From the NCBI GenBank assembly GCA_043228905.1, contig JBHGNT010000021.1, positions 6,014,001 to 6,078,000 of the forward strand: a DNA stretch of 64,000 bases, in the 5' to 3' direction. Below the pieces are notes generated by a model. It did not search any database, was not told where the DNA came from, and worked only from the letters and a program-made list of their open reading frames with translations. Numbering within the stretch: position 1 is the stretch's first letter; each line of letters opens with the position of its first letter. The translations under genes and the position numbers were made by a program. Below are positions 35,356 to 49,722 of the stretch, one piece after another. Source of the DNA: Azolla caroliniana. Lineage: Eukaryota > Plantae > Polypodiophyta.

Positions 35356-37748
35356 TCTATGCCAAGAGAGAAAAATGTGAGTTTGATTGCAATTCCATAG
35401 AATTTCTTGGTTATGTTATCTCACCTGAGGGCATCACCATGGATCCAAGGAAAATCAAGACTACCAAAACGAGTAAAGGATGTCCAATCGTTTCTTAATT
35501 TCACGAATATCTATCGGCGATTTATCAAGGTTTTCTTTGTCATAGTACAACCCTTGATTGAGCTTACTCGTAAAGGGATGTCGTTTCAATGGACTCCATC
35601 TGCTCAACACGCCTTTGACCTACTCAAGGAAGTGTTTACCAGTGCTCTAGTCCTCCTTCACATCAACCCCATTAAGCCTTTTCTAGTTGAAACAGATGCC
35701 TCCGACTTTGCCATTGGTACTGTCTTATCCCAACCTGATGATGATGGCATCCTACATCCAAAAATTCCAAAGATCAACTATCCCATCTACGACAAGGAGT
35801 TCGCTACGATAGTTGCAGCTTTCACATAGTGGAGACCTTACTTGACTAGGGCGCAACATCGGGTTCAGGTAATAACCGATCATAAAAATTTATTGTATTT
35901 CTCAACAACCCGTTCTTTGAATCGGTGGCAGGCACGTTGGTCAACTTTCTTAGCTGATTATGACTTTGAAATTGTTTTTCGATCGGGGGCACAAAACATG
36001 AAGAATGATGCTCTTTCACGATGCTCAGATTTCGAGTTAAGCCCACGGGATGATGTCTATGCTCAATAATCCCAATGTTTGCTAAAACTAGACCAATTCC
36101 AACTCTTCGCAACATGTATGCTTCATGACGACTCTTTGCTTGAGAGGATAGCCAAAGCACTTCCCACCGACAAATTCGGCAATGCAGTTAAGGAAGGTCT
36201 TATTGATCCATCTAGACCAAAGAACAAGGAAGACGTTGATCGCTTCAGATTCGAGGGGGGACTCCTTACCGCGATCATCTCTTATTTGTTCTGAAGGGCC
36301 GGTGTCGAACTCAAGTTCTCCAAAAATGTATTTCCATGGATTTCATTACTCACTTGCCTCTAGTCCATGGATATAAACCAATGCTTGTGATGGTAGATTG
36401 GTTTACAAAAATGGCTCATTTTCCCCCCTGTGCAAAGAGTATTTTAGCAAAAGCAACAACCGATCTATTTTTAAAGAATGTGGTGCGGCTTCATGGGGTA
36501 CTGGACGATGTCACCTTAGATCGCGGACCCCAATTTGTCTCTCGTTTTTTGCAATGGCTCCTTCAAACACTTGGCACAATAGTGAATTTATCTTCTTCAT
36601 ATCATGCTCAAACCGATGGCCAAACTAAGCGGGTGAACCAAATCCTAGAGTAATACCTTTCGTGCTCACTTAGCTACCAAGAAGATGATTGGATTGACCT
36701 CCTATCATTAGTAGAGTTCACATATAATAATACGATACATGGCTCAACTTAGGTCACCCCATTTTTCGCCAACTATGGTTTCCATCCTCGCTTCAGTATC
36801 TCCATCCCTGGTAACTCTGTCAACTCTTAAGTGGAAGCATGTGCCGTACATTAGTATATATTCATCAAGTCCTCTCCCTCGAGCTCATCCTTGCAGGGGA
36901 CCGGTACAAAGCGCAAGTTGATTGACATCTCTCAACCGCAAGTCCTCTCCCTCGAGCTCATCTTATGTCGCCATGTCGACACTACTCGACCTTGTGGAAT
37001 GTTGGACTACAAGAAGTTGGGGTTTTTCCGCATCATTGAGCGTATAAACCCCATCACTTTTTGGCTGGAACTTCCTCCACATTTCCGGATTCATAATGTC
37101 TTCCATGCGTCTCTACTTGAACCTCATCATCCATCCAATCAAGCTTTCCATAGGTGAGGAGTATGAGGTTGACAAGATTCTGAACTCTCATTGGCATTGA
37201 CGACAACTTCAATACCTGGTCCTATGGAAAGTATCCCATTTCAGAGGCAACTTGGGAACCAACCCAACATTGGAGAATGCATTAGATGTTGTTCATGCAT
37301 TTCATCACCAATATCCACAAAAACCAGGGAGGCATCTTAGGTGGTGGACTTAACAGGAGGATAATGTCATGGACATGACAACATTCATGTCATGATTCGA
37401 ACTCTTGACCTCTTGTATTATAATCAATTGTTACATTTTAACCAACACATCCAATACACTTTTATCTTAGTATATTATTAGTAGATAATCTATTCCACGT
37501 GCTAGGAGATTTTAGAAGCTTCTAGACTTGTGCATGTAAATGAGTCTCTGCATGGAACTACATTTAGAGCCCACAAACATGTATAAATATAGGGGTTCAC
37601 CTTGAGCCTAGTGAAGTGAACAACGCCAGTTACGAAATCCAATATTCAGGTTGTCTATCTCTTGCTTCCTTGCTTCTCTGTCTATCTCTCTCTTAGTATA
37701 TTACCTTCCATCTAGCTCTGTTTTTCTCTACTCTATCTGTCTGTGACA
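35356..37748 (+). mobile_element. Chromovirus (Ty3/gypsy) fragment H: end of RT, RNase H, integrase, chromodomain, PPT and 3' LTR (37365-37748)
   Basis: LYAK.EKCEF...FLGYVIS, VETDASDFAIG, TDHKNL, MDFITHLP, DRGPQF, QTDGQT, HNVFHASLL, EYEVDKIL...YLVLWK...TWEP. The 5' part is lost in a deletion that fuses it to the RNase H of I. Confidence 0.9.
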
Positions 37749-38509
37749 GTTGGGGCCTTCCCTTGCTAGCTTCGGACACTGCCTAATGGAGGGTCTAGAA
37801 TTATTATCGACACTTCCTTTGTGCCTCTAGTTCTGCTCTCATCAGCCACCACTGATGCGTGCCGACCCGCCGCGTTCACCACGATCATGGGGCCGATCCG
37901 CCTCTGTGTACAACATCTTGTTGTTGGTGTGCATGCTCGTTGACGGACCCGTGTGGTTTTCATCAACAAGAAGCATCGATTGCAAATCAAAGAAGGACGA
38001 CATATTCTCTCTTGTGTAGACCGCCATTTGGAATTATCTGAATCTTGACGCCAACCCTCCAAGGCAGACCTGCACCATTTCGTGCTCCTCGATGGTCACA
38101 TTGATGGAGGTGAGGGAGTCACAGATCTCTTTGATATGGGCAGTGTAATCAGCCATAGACAGATCTTTTTGTCGGATATTGTTGAGCTCCTGCCTGAGTT
38201 GCAACTTCCTGGCCGTTGTGCTAGCAGCAAAAATTTGTTTGAGATTGGCATCACGGATGTAGCTCAACAGTTGATCGCTCACACAGCAAAGTAGTACAAG
38301 ACTCTGCTTGCCAAATTTTCCCATGACGGGAAGTTTTTGTGTGTCGACTCCAGTGTTGCATCCTTCGCTCCTTCAACGTAACTCCAGTGCCCATGCCCCA
38401 ACAGGTACTGGTGAATCTTGTATGACCAAGATGCATAGTTGCACCTATCAAGCTTCTCTGTTGGAAGTGAGCTTCCCATGGCTCTATTCATGTTCCTGTT
38501 TGTACTCAT
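37749..38509 (-). pseudogene. gag: I gag remnant
   Basis: LPTEKLDRCNYASWSYKIHQYLLGHG; homologous to J gag. Confidence 0.85.
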
Positions 38510-38591
38510 CTGGAAGACAAAAGCTTTACTCTATTTTTTGTTCGCTTTGTCGGTTGCAGAGGATTCTTCTAACCATCGCGCTCTCATACCA

Positions 38592-39003
38592 TGTAAGAAG
38601 TACGTGCAGAAGCTTACGAACAACAGACACAGTCGACTCAGTCAGATGGTTGATACAAACAGTTAGGTATACACAAAGATGAGATGAGATGAGAGAGATA
38701 GAGTAGATAACCAAACGTCTATAAGAAAATGTTCTCTATCTCAACTACATACAATGTGCTCACAAAGCACTTTTTATACAAGCCCTGATGAGTGGGCTGA
38801 CAAGTACTGACATGTACTTGAATGCTCATTGAATGAGCCTGACACTAACAACCTACAATATTCCTATTTACTAAAATAGGAAAATAGGCCCCTAAAGGCC
38901 TATCAAATTCCATCCAACTTGACCAGCCGATTCAATTTAACAATTGATTCGGCTTTTGGCTTATTTACCCGATCGGTCTTCGTCCGAGTGTGTTCACTCA
39001 ACA
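38592..39003 (-). repeat. 5' LTR of I
   Basis: Matches 24249-24716; followed directly by the Met PBS. Confidence 0.9.
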
Positions 39004-39149
39004 TGCAACAAAATGTTGAGCAAATTAATTTCATGAATGTAACTAAAGCATTGGCAATAATATTCGTAGGACCTTTACCATACCTTAAAGTTAGCAAATT
39101 AATTCAGTGAAACTAAACTAATTCACTTTATGATTGCAACTTAAAGCAT

Positions 39150-40200
39150 CGACAATGCCATTCATAGAATCTTTAAATACCTTATGGATAAACTAAAAAC
39201 TTTAATGAGCTCGGCCCATCAAGCCTCGTTCCTAAAGGAATCTTGATGGTCACAAAAATATTTTAAGCATTTAGGGTCAGTTGTAACTACAAACCGATTT
39301 CCATATAAGAATGTCTTCAAGTTCTTGAAGTGTATATGAATGCAAACAATTCTTTTTCTTGAAGTCAATATCAACATCGAGTAGGTTTTATTTACTCTCA
39401 AATGCAATAGGTTCGCCCCTTGATAAAGAACAATGCCAATTCAATAACTACTAGTTTCAATTTTAACCTCAAATGGTTTTGATGGGTCAAGTAGAATGAG
39501 TGTAGGGGCAAGACAAACATGTTCCTTAAGAATGTCGAAACCTTGATCTAGTTGTTCATTCCAAGTTATTGGTTTATTGGATTTATCTTTCAATATTTTA
39601 AAAGATCAATAAAAATTGTACTCAACAATAGTTTAGGATAAATTTTCGCAAGAAACCAGCAAATCCTAGGAATGAGTGAAGTTCATGGACATTAAGTGGA
39701 ACAGGGCATAACTTGACCTTATCATTATGTTGAGGATCAATTCAAATTCTTTGGTGAGTAATTAAATTTCCCAAATAAGTCATAGAGAGGTCTTAAAAAC
39801 TCACATTTAAAGACATCTTAGCAAAGAAATGTTTATCACATAATGTTTGTAAAACAAAGCAAACGTGATCACTGTGTTCTTGCAAATGATGACTATAAAT
39901 AATGATGCCATCCAAGAAAACAATGATAAATACTGCAAGTTATTCTTGAAAAATATCATTCATTTTTTGTTGGAAGGTAGCCGAAGCATTGGTTAATCCA
40001 AAAGACATAACTAAAACCTCATAATGTTCATAACGTAAACAAAAAGCTATTTTGGGAATATCGTCCTCAACAATTCTTATTTGATGATAATTAGTTCTCA
40101 AATCGATTTTTGTAAAATATTGTGCTCCTTGGAGACAATCTATTAAATCGAGATGAGTCCAAAAACAAATTAACGATTCACAGAGACCACCATTGTATAG
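39150..40200 (-). pseudogene. Old gypsy RT-RNase H remnant
   Basis: [21 protein letters not shown]...[13 protein letters not shown]; LYGNRFVVTTDPKCLKY. Confidence 0.8.
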
Positions 40201-40329
40201 CCATCTATCAACAAAAGTTGCTTCTGAAATTGGGTAGAAGTGTAACCCGATAACTGTAGAAGTAGGATGATGTTGTGTTTGTATAGCAAGGAACCGGAGA
40301 TGGGAACTCACAATCACCATTAATATCTA

Positions 40330-42215
40330 CAAGTTGAGATGCAAATGAAAGGATTGATGAATATAAAGATTTTTGCAATATTGATCAGAAACCTTGAGAG
40401 TTTCTTTTTTATTGTGCTTACCACAACAAAAACAAATTTACTCCAATTGAAAAGGCATATTCTAACAAATTTTACTTGCAATGTACCTTATAGACACCTA
40501 CTAGATTCTCACTAGTTCCATTTCTGAGTAGAACTTGTACATTCTGAAGCGATAGTTACACTTGCAATCTTTAGTTTTAGCCATAATATTGATTGCAGAA
40601 TATTTTTCTTTCATGTTTGCTTTACAAGAGATGTGGCTTGGAATCAAGTTGGATGATTCTTCCATAGATCATAGTTGTTACAGTTCCAAACTCAAAGATA
40701 AAGAGAGAACTTTATTGGTTGCTAATCTAGTAATAATCCAAGTTGTTAGGAATTGCATACACATACTATTGGTAGGTAGGTTATCGCTATCTCAACAATT
40801 TACTACTTCACTCTTGATACTCACGGATTAACTAGTTGTTACTTGGAAGGTTGCAACATCTAGACTATTGTTGTCTCTAGTCCAACACTTTTAATAATAT
40901 TGGTGCATATGAACAAGAGTATTCTTAATATTCTTCAAAATCCAAGTTAGGAGCTGATTATTGTAGGATTGTGACAAACCATTATCTTCTTCCTGTTTGT
41001 TTCCATTGCACACTAAAGCTTCCAGAACAGTAAGGTACATGAAGTGACGAGTACAATGGGAGATAAGTGTCAAAATCCAAGTATCTGAAAGGTTTAGGGT
41101 TTGGCCGAAATTGAGGACCTATGATGAGTTGAAACTCAAGATGTCTTGAGTGTCAAGAGTGAACTACTTAAAATGGTAAGGCCAAGGATTTAAACCTTGT
41201 TAGGACCTTTGAAGGTAATATGTGAGCTGTAATTAGAACGCGATGATAATGAAGTGGATATGGACATGTTGGTACACATTTTGCTAGCACTAGGAACTCT
41301 TGGGAAGATACAGATAGGTGCATGCAAAAAATGAAGGAATGATGCATTTGAAGGAGGCATTACTATTTTTATTTGGTAGAGAAGCAAGAGGGCTCATTGT
41401 TGGACAAATTGTTTTGGATTTGAGGCGGAGGATAATCTACCAAAATTTAGATTGACTTAGGAAGCAAATCACGGGGGAGTGTAAGAAGCCTATGACAAGA
41501 GGCAGTGTGACCATCAATTGTAAACTCTACACTAAAACTCAAAGATCTCTCCGACACAATTTCTGTCATTCCCATGTTACGAGGTTGGGTATTTTATCCT
41601 CGATTGTATCTTATTTTAGGCTTCTGAGGATTATTGTGAATCAATGTAATTTTTCTCATCTACATATGTATGCATTTCGGAAGTTTTTATTGTGACTATG
41701 TGATTAACTATTGAACTAGATTGTCATGGATGAATCGTCCAATTTGAGAAATGCATCATTAAATGTTGGTTTATGGGCAAGATTGTGTGAATGTAGGAGG
41801 AAGGTGTTCAAAACCATTCATCCTACAAAAAGCATTTAATAGGTTTCAAGGACATTGTGGCAAAGTTTTCAGATCATGAATCTAACCTTTGGAGAGAAGT
41901 TTGCCTTGTCATAGCACGAGTGCCCAATCAAAGCCTGAGTTCTTAATCAATGAACGAGCATCCAATCAAAAGCACAAATGCCCAATCAAATCATGAGCAC
42001 TCAAATCCACAAAGGCATCCCAAAACCAGTAAGGCAATCCATGAAAGCACTTGAATCCACAAAGCACCCATTCCATGAGGTCAATCCATGAAAGTGTCCT
42101 GAATCCACAAAGGGCCATTCCATGAAGGAGCCTCAATTCACGAATCATTCATTCAACAGGGAATCCATGAAGGCGCTTGAATCCACAAAGGGGTCATTAG
42201 GCAATCCACGAAGGG
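40330..42215 (+). mobile_element. Possible highly decayed copia 3' end and LTR with short AATCCACAAAGG-type repeats
   Basis: GGGGGAG-TGTAAG PPT/LTR-like junction at 41473-41485; degenerate repeats 41990-42215; coding similarity is faint. Confidence 0.3.
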
Positions 42216-43651
42216 GCCATTCGACGAGAAGGTAAGCAACATAGGAAAGTTTCAGCAGTCACCATTGCACCTCTCTGATGGCAACCTGTAGTCCCCAGTT
42301 CAAGTACCCCGTGGTGTTGTTCACATTTCACATTCATGAGCATAACTTCACAACACTCTTTATAGAAGGAGCCTAATTCAATAATAGATATCAATGTTGA
42401 ACGAGTCGTGACATTGACCCTTATATTGTCATTACTCTTGAAGTCATGATAGTGGCTATACCCAACCAAATATGTCATACAATTGATCATATCTTAGAGA
42501 TGTACATGGAAGTTTCATCTCAAGAGGAAAGAGTGTTTCTTTGTGAGATGCCAATTTGCATTTAAACAATGCTCCATGTAGCTTTTCTTGGATTCTCATA
42601 ATTACGCTATCGTTATAAGATAGTGGTGTTGGACCCAAGAAGGATTTGAATTAACCACATGCACAGTCCCAAACACTAATTCAAAATAATAAGAATTTTT
42701 TTTTTGCTTATTCAAAAGTTGAGTGATGAGTGAAGAAAACCTTGTTTTTGCTAAGACTTCAAACAATTATGCCTTAACCATGTCAACTACACTCTTAGAA
42801 CAATCAATAGAAAATGAAAAAGTTCCTATACATACCAATGAGATGCTTTGGTTGAAGAGAAACTTATCAAGTATTTTATATAATTAAACAAGGGAGATGG
42901 GAGAGAGTAGAAATATGGTATAGGTATGTAATTTCTAAATGATCTATATTAAGCTTTGTTATATTGTTTTGTAATGACAAAAGGTGACGTGGTGATCATT
43001 CATTGAGACGTTGTCATGGAGAAAACCGTCCCTAGGAGGAATCGGTGTATGGTGTGTGTGAACTAGCCCTTACACATGGGCACATGTTTTGATGTATTTA
43101 CATACATAGTTAAGTTCGGGCCGGTGATGTAATTATCCTAGGTAGAACTAATTCATTAAGTAGGGAATCGAAGAGGATCTCTGTCCGAAAGGGCAGAGGA
43201 TAACGGTGGCCTAACAGTCTGTAAACAACTCTCTCTCCTTGTGCTATAAAAGGAGAGGAAAAAGGCCTGAGTAGGGATCGCGCGTTTTGAGAGGACAAAG
43301 TGTTGTCAAACTGGAAACCGAGCTCTCTCCTCCACCACAATTGTTCCCAGGGATTTTGGGTTAGGTTGGTTGCCTCTGCTGCGTGAAAGCCCGCATGCTT
43401 CCGGTAGAGGCTCCACCACATATTTTAGTGCATGTCAAGTTTGTGTTGAGTCCGTGTTGAGCCTGTCACCGGCTTGCCGGTTGTAACATTGCAAGCTGTA
43501 ATCTATATTGTTATTGGAATTGATTCTTTCTTTCCTATCTCTCTGTGTTCCTGCGCATCTCTCTTCCTCTTATCTCTCACGCTCCTCGGTTCAGGGCCCC
43601 CATGGTCCCGCATTGTTTCATACACGTGAGCGTAACAACACGACATTAATT

Positions 43652-43669
43652 TGGTGAACCTAACGTAAA
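43652..43669 (+). promoter_or_regulatory. PBS of E (tRNA-Trp type)
   Basis: TGGTGAACCTAACGTAAA, three transitions from TGGTGAACCCGACGTGAA, 6 nt after the LTR. Confidence 0.75.
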
Positions 43670-43695
43670 TCAAGGTGGCAGAGGAATAAAAAATA

Positions 43696-45791
43696 TGGGG
43701 ATTAGAGCTCGCCAAAGCCATGGCGGTGGCAGTCGATCAGATAGTATGTGCTCACGAGGGCACGGGCGCCCTCAACAGGGCCATTGAAGCAATTGTCGGC
43801 ACAATAGGCCGGTTCGATGGGAAGGACGCCATGAGTTATTTGGTGGCCTATCGGGCCGAAATGGTAATGATGGACATCCCGGAGGAGAGGCATCTGGCGA
43901 CACCGAGCATCCACGTAGAGGTGGTCATGGTGCAGGCTAGATGCCAGACCTAGGGGGAGTTCGAAGCACGACTCCTCGAGCGGTACGGGTTTGATGACAC
44001 ACTTCGGTTATCGAAGCGGGACTTTATGGATTGGGTAGAGACCCCAAGAAAGGAGAGGAATCCGTCGGAGCTCCTCCGGGAGTTCAAGGAACACTTCGCA
44101 TGCCTTTCGGCACTGGACAGGACCGTACTAGACACAAGTTGTGTCCTTTTATTCGTCAAAGCTGTGGACGTGCATGATCGGGAGCAAGTGGATCTCCTGC
44201 TGGAGACAGATGATGGGTTAACGGCCTACTGGGCCGTGGTAAAAGGGGTTTGCGGCCGTTTCGACAAACGACACGAGTGGGTCGACAAGGGCTTGTCGGG
44301 GGCAGGAGCGGTTGCGGCAAGAAACCTCGAGGAACCCCCGCCGGCGCATAAGGAGGAAACCCGAGACTAGCTTGAGAGAGGTTCGTCCCGCGTGGTCAAG
44401 GGCCTATCCGGCAGAGCGGCTTTGGAAGAACTGACGCAGATGGTGCGAGACCTCCAGATCGCACAAGGAGGGACGGCGGCGAGCAGCCTCGCAACCGAAG
44501 GCCTCCGGGTGGGCATCGGTGCTTGTGGTGTGATGCGCTCCGTCATGTCCCGAAGGACTGCGTCGACTTCGCAGAAGCAATAAGGGCTAATGTGGTATAC
44601 CTATGGAACGGGAGCGTGCATGCTAGCGAGACCCGGAGAGCCCTAGAGCTGAATATCGGTCGGGGCAGAATGAAGAGACTGATGGAAGAAGCAGCGGCGT
44701 GCCACGCAGAGACCATCCACTACTCGGCGTCGGCAGGAATCCGGGTTAGGAGTGACGAAGGCCAGAAGACGAAAGACTGCGGGTTCTGGCTGGTGGTGCT
44801 AGAAGGCCTCGTCGGCGTGCGGTTGAGAAGGGAGGAGGCAGACCGTGCGAAAAGACGGGTCCGGGAGATCACTGGGTGGAGCGATCCGGTCGAAGAAAAG
44901 ACCGGCTTTGTGGAAGCTGCGTGCTAGAACTATGAAGTTCTAGTAGACGACAAGCGTGCGGGAAACGCTAGAGGAGCCGGACCCTTGCAATGGTACGAGA
45001 CCTGATCCGGGCTGAACTAGAATGACGTTGGCGTTGCCGGCACGCCGAATAAAGCAAAGAAAGCTGGTTACCGGTTGAGCACTGAGATAGAAAGAACGAT
45101 GGACCTGCGGAAGGTCCTTGAGGAACGAATCCTCGACAACAAGGTGGAGTTGTCACTTCGGGAAGTGCTTGGGATCACCAAGAAAGAATTCCATGACTCC
45201 ATCGTGGACTTGGTGAAGCGGAAAAGGCTTTCGACGGAGACGGAGCCGGACAAGCCGGTGGAGGTGCGAAGGACGCACCTAGAAGACATGGCCCCTGAAG
45301 ACGAGTTGGCAGAAAGCCACTATTCAAAGCTGCACTAGGCAAGAGCCACTACGGAGACCCCAGTTAGGATCAGGGACGTCCAGGAGCCGGTGGTGGCATT
45401 AGTAGACCATGGTTCGGAGATCAACTTGATGTCTGTGGACTTCTACAAGAAAGGCAAGTGGCCGATCAACACCAAGCACGGGTGGAAAATACGAGCGGCG
45501 ACGGGTGCCACGAAGGAGCTGCATGGGACCTGCCCGAATGTGCGGGTGAAAATCGGTGATGTCGAGATCGACCAACACTTCTTTGTGCAGGAGACATGCT
45601 CGCATCCAGTGATACTAGGAGAACCATACATTACAGCAGCGCGTATGGAGACGAAAGTGCTGGATAACGGTTCGGCGTACGCGTGCGTGAAGAGCCAAGA
45701 TGGATGACACTCCGTCCAATTTCTAACCGTGCGATCGAACCATGAGCACAACCGCAAGAACCTCAGCGGCGAAAGCCGAAGGGATTTTTAG
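43696..45791 (+). pseudogene. gag: E gag-protease
   Basis: GRFDGKDAMSYL, CLWCDALRHVPKDC knuckle, ALVDHGSEINLM, ends RDF*. Confidence 0.88.
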
Positions 45792-45825
45792 AGAGGGCTA
45801 TCGAGGCGTGAGGCCGCGGTAGTCT
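45782..45825 (+). promoter_or_regulatory. Putative -1 frameshift signal of E
   Basis: G_GAT_TTT TAG, 6-nt spacer, 12/13-bp stem GGGCTATCGAGGC/GCCGCGGTAGTCT; ORF 46067 is in the -1 frame. Confidence 0.75.
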
Positions 45826-48800
45826 GGGAACCTCGGAGGATCCCCACACATGTACCATAGGTAGGAAGTTTTGGTTCTTTGATAGCAGAGGTTGTACGAT
45901 AGCCGGCATCATTGGCCGGGAGAAGAAATGGGAAGAGGAATGACTCAAGAAGCGCGGATTCCTCACCCCTGATGAGGAAATTAGTGGCGCCGTAGAGGCG
46001 GTCTCTTTCGACAACACCCTCGGGGAAATCGGGAAGGTAATCGAAGAAGGCCTCAATAAAGACCGGGTGATTCTGGTTAGCTCGGTAGGAATGTACGAAA
46101 TCATTGCCGACTTCGGGGAAAGGGTCAGGTCGGACCGGACGTCCTGCGTGGATACGAGGTACAAGACTGTGGACCGGAAGGTGAGGCCAGTCGCGGCTCC
46201 CTTGCCGGAGGGCAGTGGGTTACGGATGAAAGGGGTTGCGTCGGACCCATGTCTACGGGATCCGGCCAGCATAGGACATCAGTTCACCAACACAACACTA
46301 CAGGAGCTCAAGGTTGGTGGCAGTTGCTTTCTACTACCGGTGGAGGAAGAACGGTTTCGGAGAATGCTCGGGAGGCACGGAAAGGCCTTTGCATTCTCGC
46401 CGGAAGAAATCGGGTGCATGGACCTGGCGGTCATTCAGCCGATGGTTATTTTTACGGTACCACATGTGCCGTGGAATCTCAAACCAATTCCAATACCCAA
46501 AGCTCATATCTCGAAGCTGATGGAGCTGCTGAAGCAGAAGGTGGAGATAAGCATCCTCAAACTGTCGAGTGCCCCGTACTGGAATCGGTGGTTCACCGTG
46601 CCTATGAAGAACGGCACGTTGCGCTTTATTCAGGACCTGCAGCCGGTCAACAAGGTGACCATTCGGAATGCAGGGATCGGGCCGACCATTGACGAGTTCG
46701 CGGAGGCCTTCACTAGAAGGTCAATTTACTCGGTCAGAGATCTGTACTCGGGGTACGACCAATTCCACCTAGCCGTAGAGAGCAGGGATATTACGACGAT
46801 GCGGACTCCTCTCGATCTAGTGTGGTTGTACTCTTCCGCAAGGAGGAACAAACTCGGTAGCGCACATGGTGAACACAATGAATAAGGTGCTAAGAGACTG
46901 CATCCCGAACATCACCATGCCGTTTTTGGATGACATTCCAATCAAGGGATGTCTGGTGGAGGATAAGGACGAAATGGTCGGACCGGACGGGTGTCGGAGA
47001 TTCGTCTCGGACCACATCGGAGACTACGAGGAGGTGCTACAGAAGCTCAAAGGGGTGCGGCTCACCTTCTCCGGGGAGAAGTCGGCTTTCGGACAATCGG
47101 AAATCATGGTGATCGGTCACCTGTGCGGGCCTTACGGCCGGAAACCATCTCCGGCAAAGGTAGAGGCCATCTCTGCGATGAAAAAAGAATGCAAGTCATT
47201 ACGGAGGTGCAAAGGTTCCTCGGGCCATGTGCGTTCTATCACATTTGGATCCCGTACTACGAACACGTTGCGGAACCGCTCTACGGGTTGCTAAAGAAAG
47301 GGTAAATTTTTAAATGGAGTAACGAACATATGGAATCGGTCCAGAGATTAAAAGAGGTGCTTACCGCGGCGTTGGCTATTTGAAAGGCGGTCTACGGCAG
47401 GGAGCTCCTCGTCTACGTAACCATAGACGCAAGCTCGATTGGGATCAGGTGGGTGATCAATCAAGAGGACGAGAGCGGTGGCCAATTCCCGATTCGGTTC
47501 GGGGTGAAGGTATTGAGCGAGTGACAACAAGGATACGCCCAAGTCAAGTGCGAACTGTGGGGCATCGTTTCGGCAGTCAAAGCCGACAAGGACTATCTAA
47601 TTGGGACGAAAGTAATAATCGAGACGGAATGCCTACCGATTCTCGGTATGGTTTCCGGATGCGCAACTCCGAACCTGGCATGCTCAGGTGGATTGCGTAC
47701 ATCAAGTCTCTAAATCCGGTGATACGACACATCTCCGGTAAGGACAACACCATGGCCGATATGCTTTCAAGAGCACGGTTTGACGAAGAAGACAACATGG
47801 TTTCAAAGAATGAAGAAGTTGGTGAGGACTTCTTCGAGTTGGCTCGCATAACAGCGAGGGCTAGGGGCACTCTGGTGCTTAACGAGTTCGACGAGAGCAA
47901 GTACGAAGGGGAGTGACTCCGGATCAGTGGGTTCCTGAAGACGATGACGCCGGGAGTGGCGTGGACCGGATCCGGAAGAAAGCGTACCGATTCTTTCTGC
48001 GGGACGGAAGCATATGGAAGCACCCGAAGAAGAGAGACGGAATCCCACTCCGGGTGGTGGCAAGGAAGGAAGAGCAGGAAGCATTGCTAACGACATACCA
48101 TGAGAGTCCTTGGGCTGGACACCAACATGGGCCACGTTCGAGAATTTGAAGGAGAAGTAATGGTGGCCGGGACTATACCAGGACATGCATCGGTTCGTGA
48201 CAACTTGTGAAAGTTGTCAGATGCATTCCATAGTCCAACATCGGGATGAGTTGCACCCGACTTACCCGCCGACCGTCCACTTCAAGTGGATGGTGGATCT
48301 GGTGACGATGCCGATTGTGGTAGGGCAGATGCAGTACCTGGTGCTGGCACGAGAAGATCTGACGAACCAGGTGGCGGGCTAAGCATTACTGAACAAGATG
48401 ACCGCGGCCGTATGCCGGTACCTAATCGAGGAGGTGGTGTGTCAGTACGGGTGCGTAGGGAAGATTGTAGCGGACCGTGGGGAACTGGATGCATAGGAGG
48501 TCGAAGATTTGTTTGAACGGTTAGGGGTTAAACTCTTGCTCACTACGGCATACAATCCGGAGGCAAACGGGAAGGTGGAACGCAAACACGGGGCCAATCG
48601 TAAAGGCGTTGGTACTGGCCTGCGGAGGCCAGGTCGGGAATTGGTTGCGGCTCCTACCCTACGCATTGTGGGCAGACCGAACTACGCACAGCTCGATAAC
48701 CGGGTTCATGCCGGTGGAGCTGATGTACGGGCAGAAGTCGATCATGCCAATGGAGAGGACGATCTCCTCGTGGGCCGCGGTGGACTGGAGAGATGAGATG

Positions 48801-49205
48801 AGCCGGGAGGAGCTGTTAGTAGTGCGAATCCAACAGCTCGAGCGAAGATCGAAGGACGTTGAACGAGCGACGGCAAAGCTACGTGCGGCAAGGACAAAGA
48901 ACAAGGGGAGATTTAATCAGACTCACCGGCTACAACCGAGGAAAATCGAGGAAGGCGATTGGGTTCTGGTCTATGATAGTAGCCTCGACAACCAGCACAA
49001 GGCAATGCGGAAGTTTGCGAGGAGGTGGTTTGGACCTTATGCGGTGACAAGCGCCAACGACAACGGCACCTACCATCTTGCGGAGCTCGATGGGACGCAG
49101 ATCAAGGCGTTCAAGAAGTGGCACGAGGACGAGCCGGACCTGGGGAGTGAGAACGAGGATGATGACCGGTTTGGAGCGGGTGACGAACCAAAGATCGGAA
49201 GATAA
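45782..49205 (+). pseudogene. pol: E pol
   Basis: Fragmented RT (MPFLDDIPIKG), RNase H and integrase (WFGPY) ORFs. Confidence 0.9.
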
Positions 49206-49650
49206 TCGCGGGCCGGTCTTCGCCGGTAGAAGTCTATTCTGGCGCATATCGGAGGATGCGCGGTTAGGTGGGGGTGGATATCGCGGAGAAAACCGTCCCT
49301 AGGAGGAATCGGTGAATGGTGTGCGTGAACCGGCCCTTACACACGGGCACATGTTTTGATGTATTTACATACATAGTTAAGTGCGGCCGACGATGTAATT
49401 ATCCTAGGTAGCACTAATTCATTAAGTAGGGAATTGAAGAGGATCTCTGTCCGAAAGGGCAGAGGATAACGGTGGCCTAACAGTCTGTAAATGGCTCTCT
49501 CTCCTTGTGCTATAAAAGGAGAGGAAAATGGCCTGAGTAGGGATCGCATTGTCGTAGTGTATTCCACACACTACGTGAAAACCATAAAATAATATATCCG
49601 ATTTTAGATACATATAAATAAATAAATAATATATCAAAATATTTATCACG

Positions 49651-49722
49651 TGCATAGGGCAAGATTCGAACCTTGCACCTCCATGTTAATAATGTAATGT
49701 CTTACCATTACACTAGCATTTC
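49651..49722 (-). other. tRNA-like A-box/B-box module in the F LTR (second copy ~56020-56091)
   Basis: Minus strand TAGTGTAATGGTAA...GGTTCGAATCT with canonical 72-nt tRNA spacing but poor stems; not a tRNA gene. Confidence 0.6.

Larger units (their letters stand above)
24249..39003 (-). mobile_element. Degenerate copia element I, host of K and H
   Basis: LTRs 39003-38592 and 24716-24249 are direct repeats; PBS TGGTATGAGAGC at 38591-38580; gag remnants 38509-37749; RNase H end 35355-35120 (CDN...[18 protein letters not shown]); PPT 24717-24728. TSD not confirmed. Confidence 0.85.

Noticed and set aside
24244-39008. TSD for copia I
   Set aside because: Flanks GGTAG and TGCAA match at only 2 of 5 positions; decay or a recombinant origin cannot be told apart.
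49651-49722. Functional tRNA gene
   Set aside because: Acceptor, anticodon and T stems pair poorly; kept only as a tRNA-like module.
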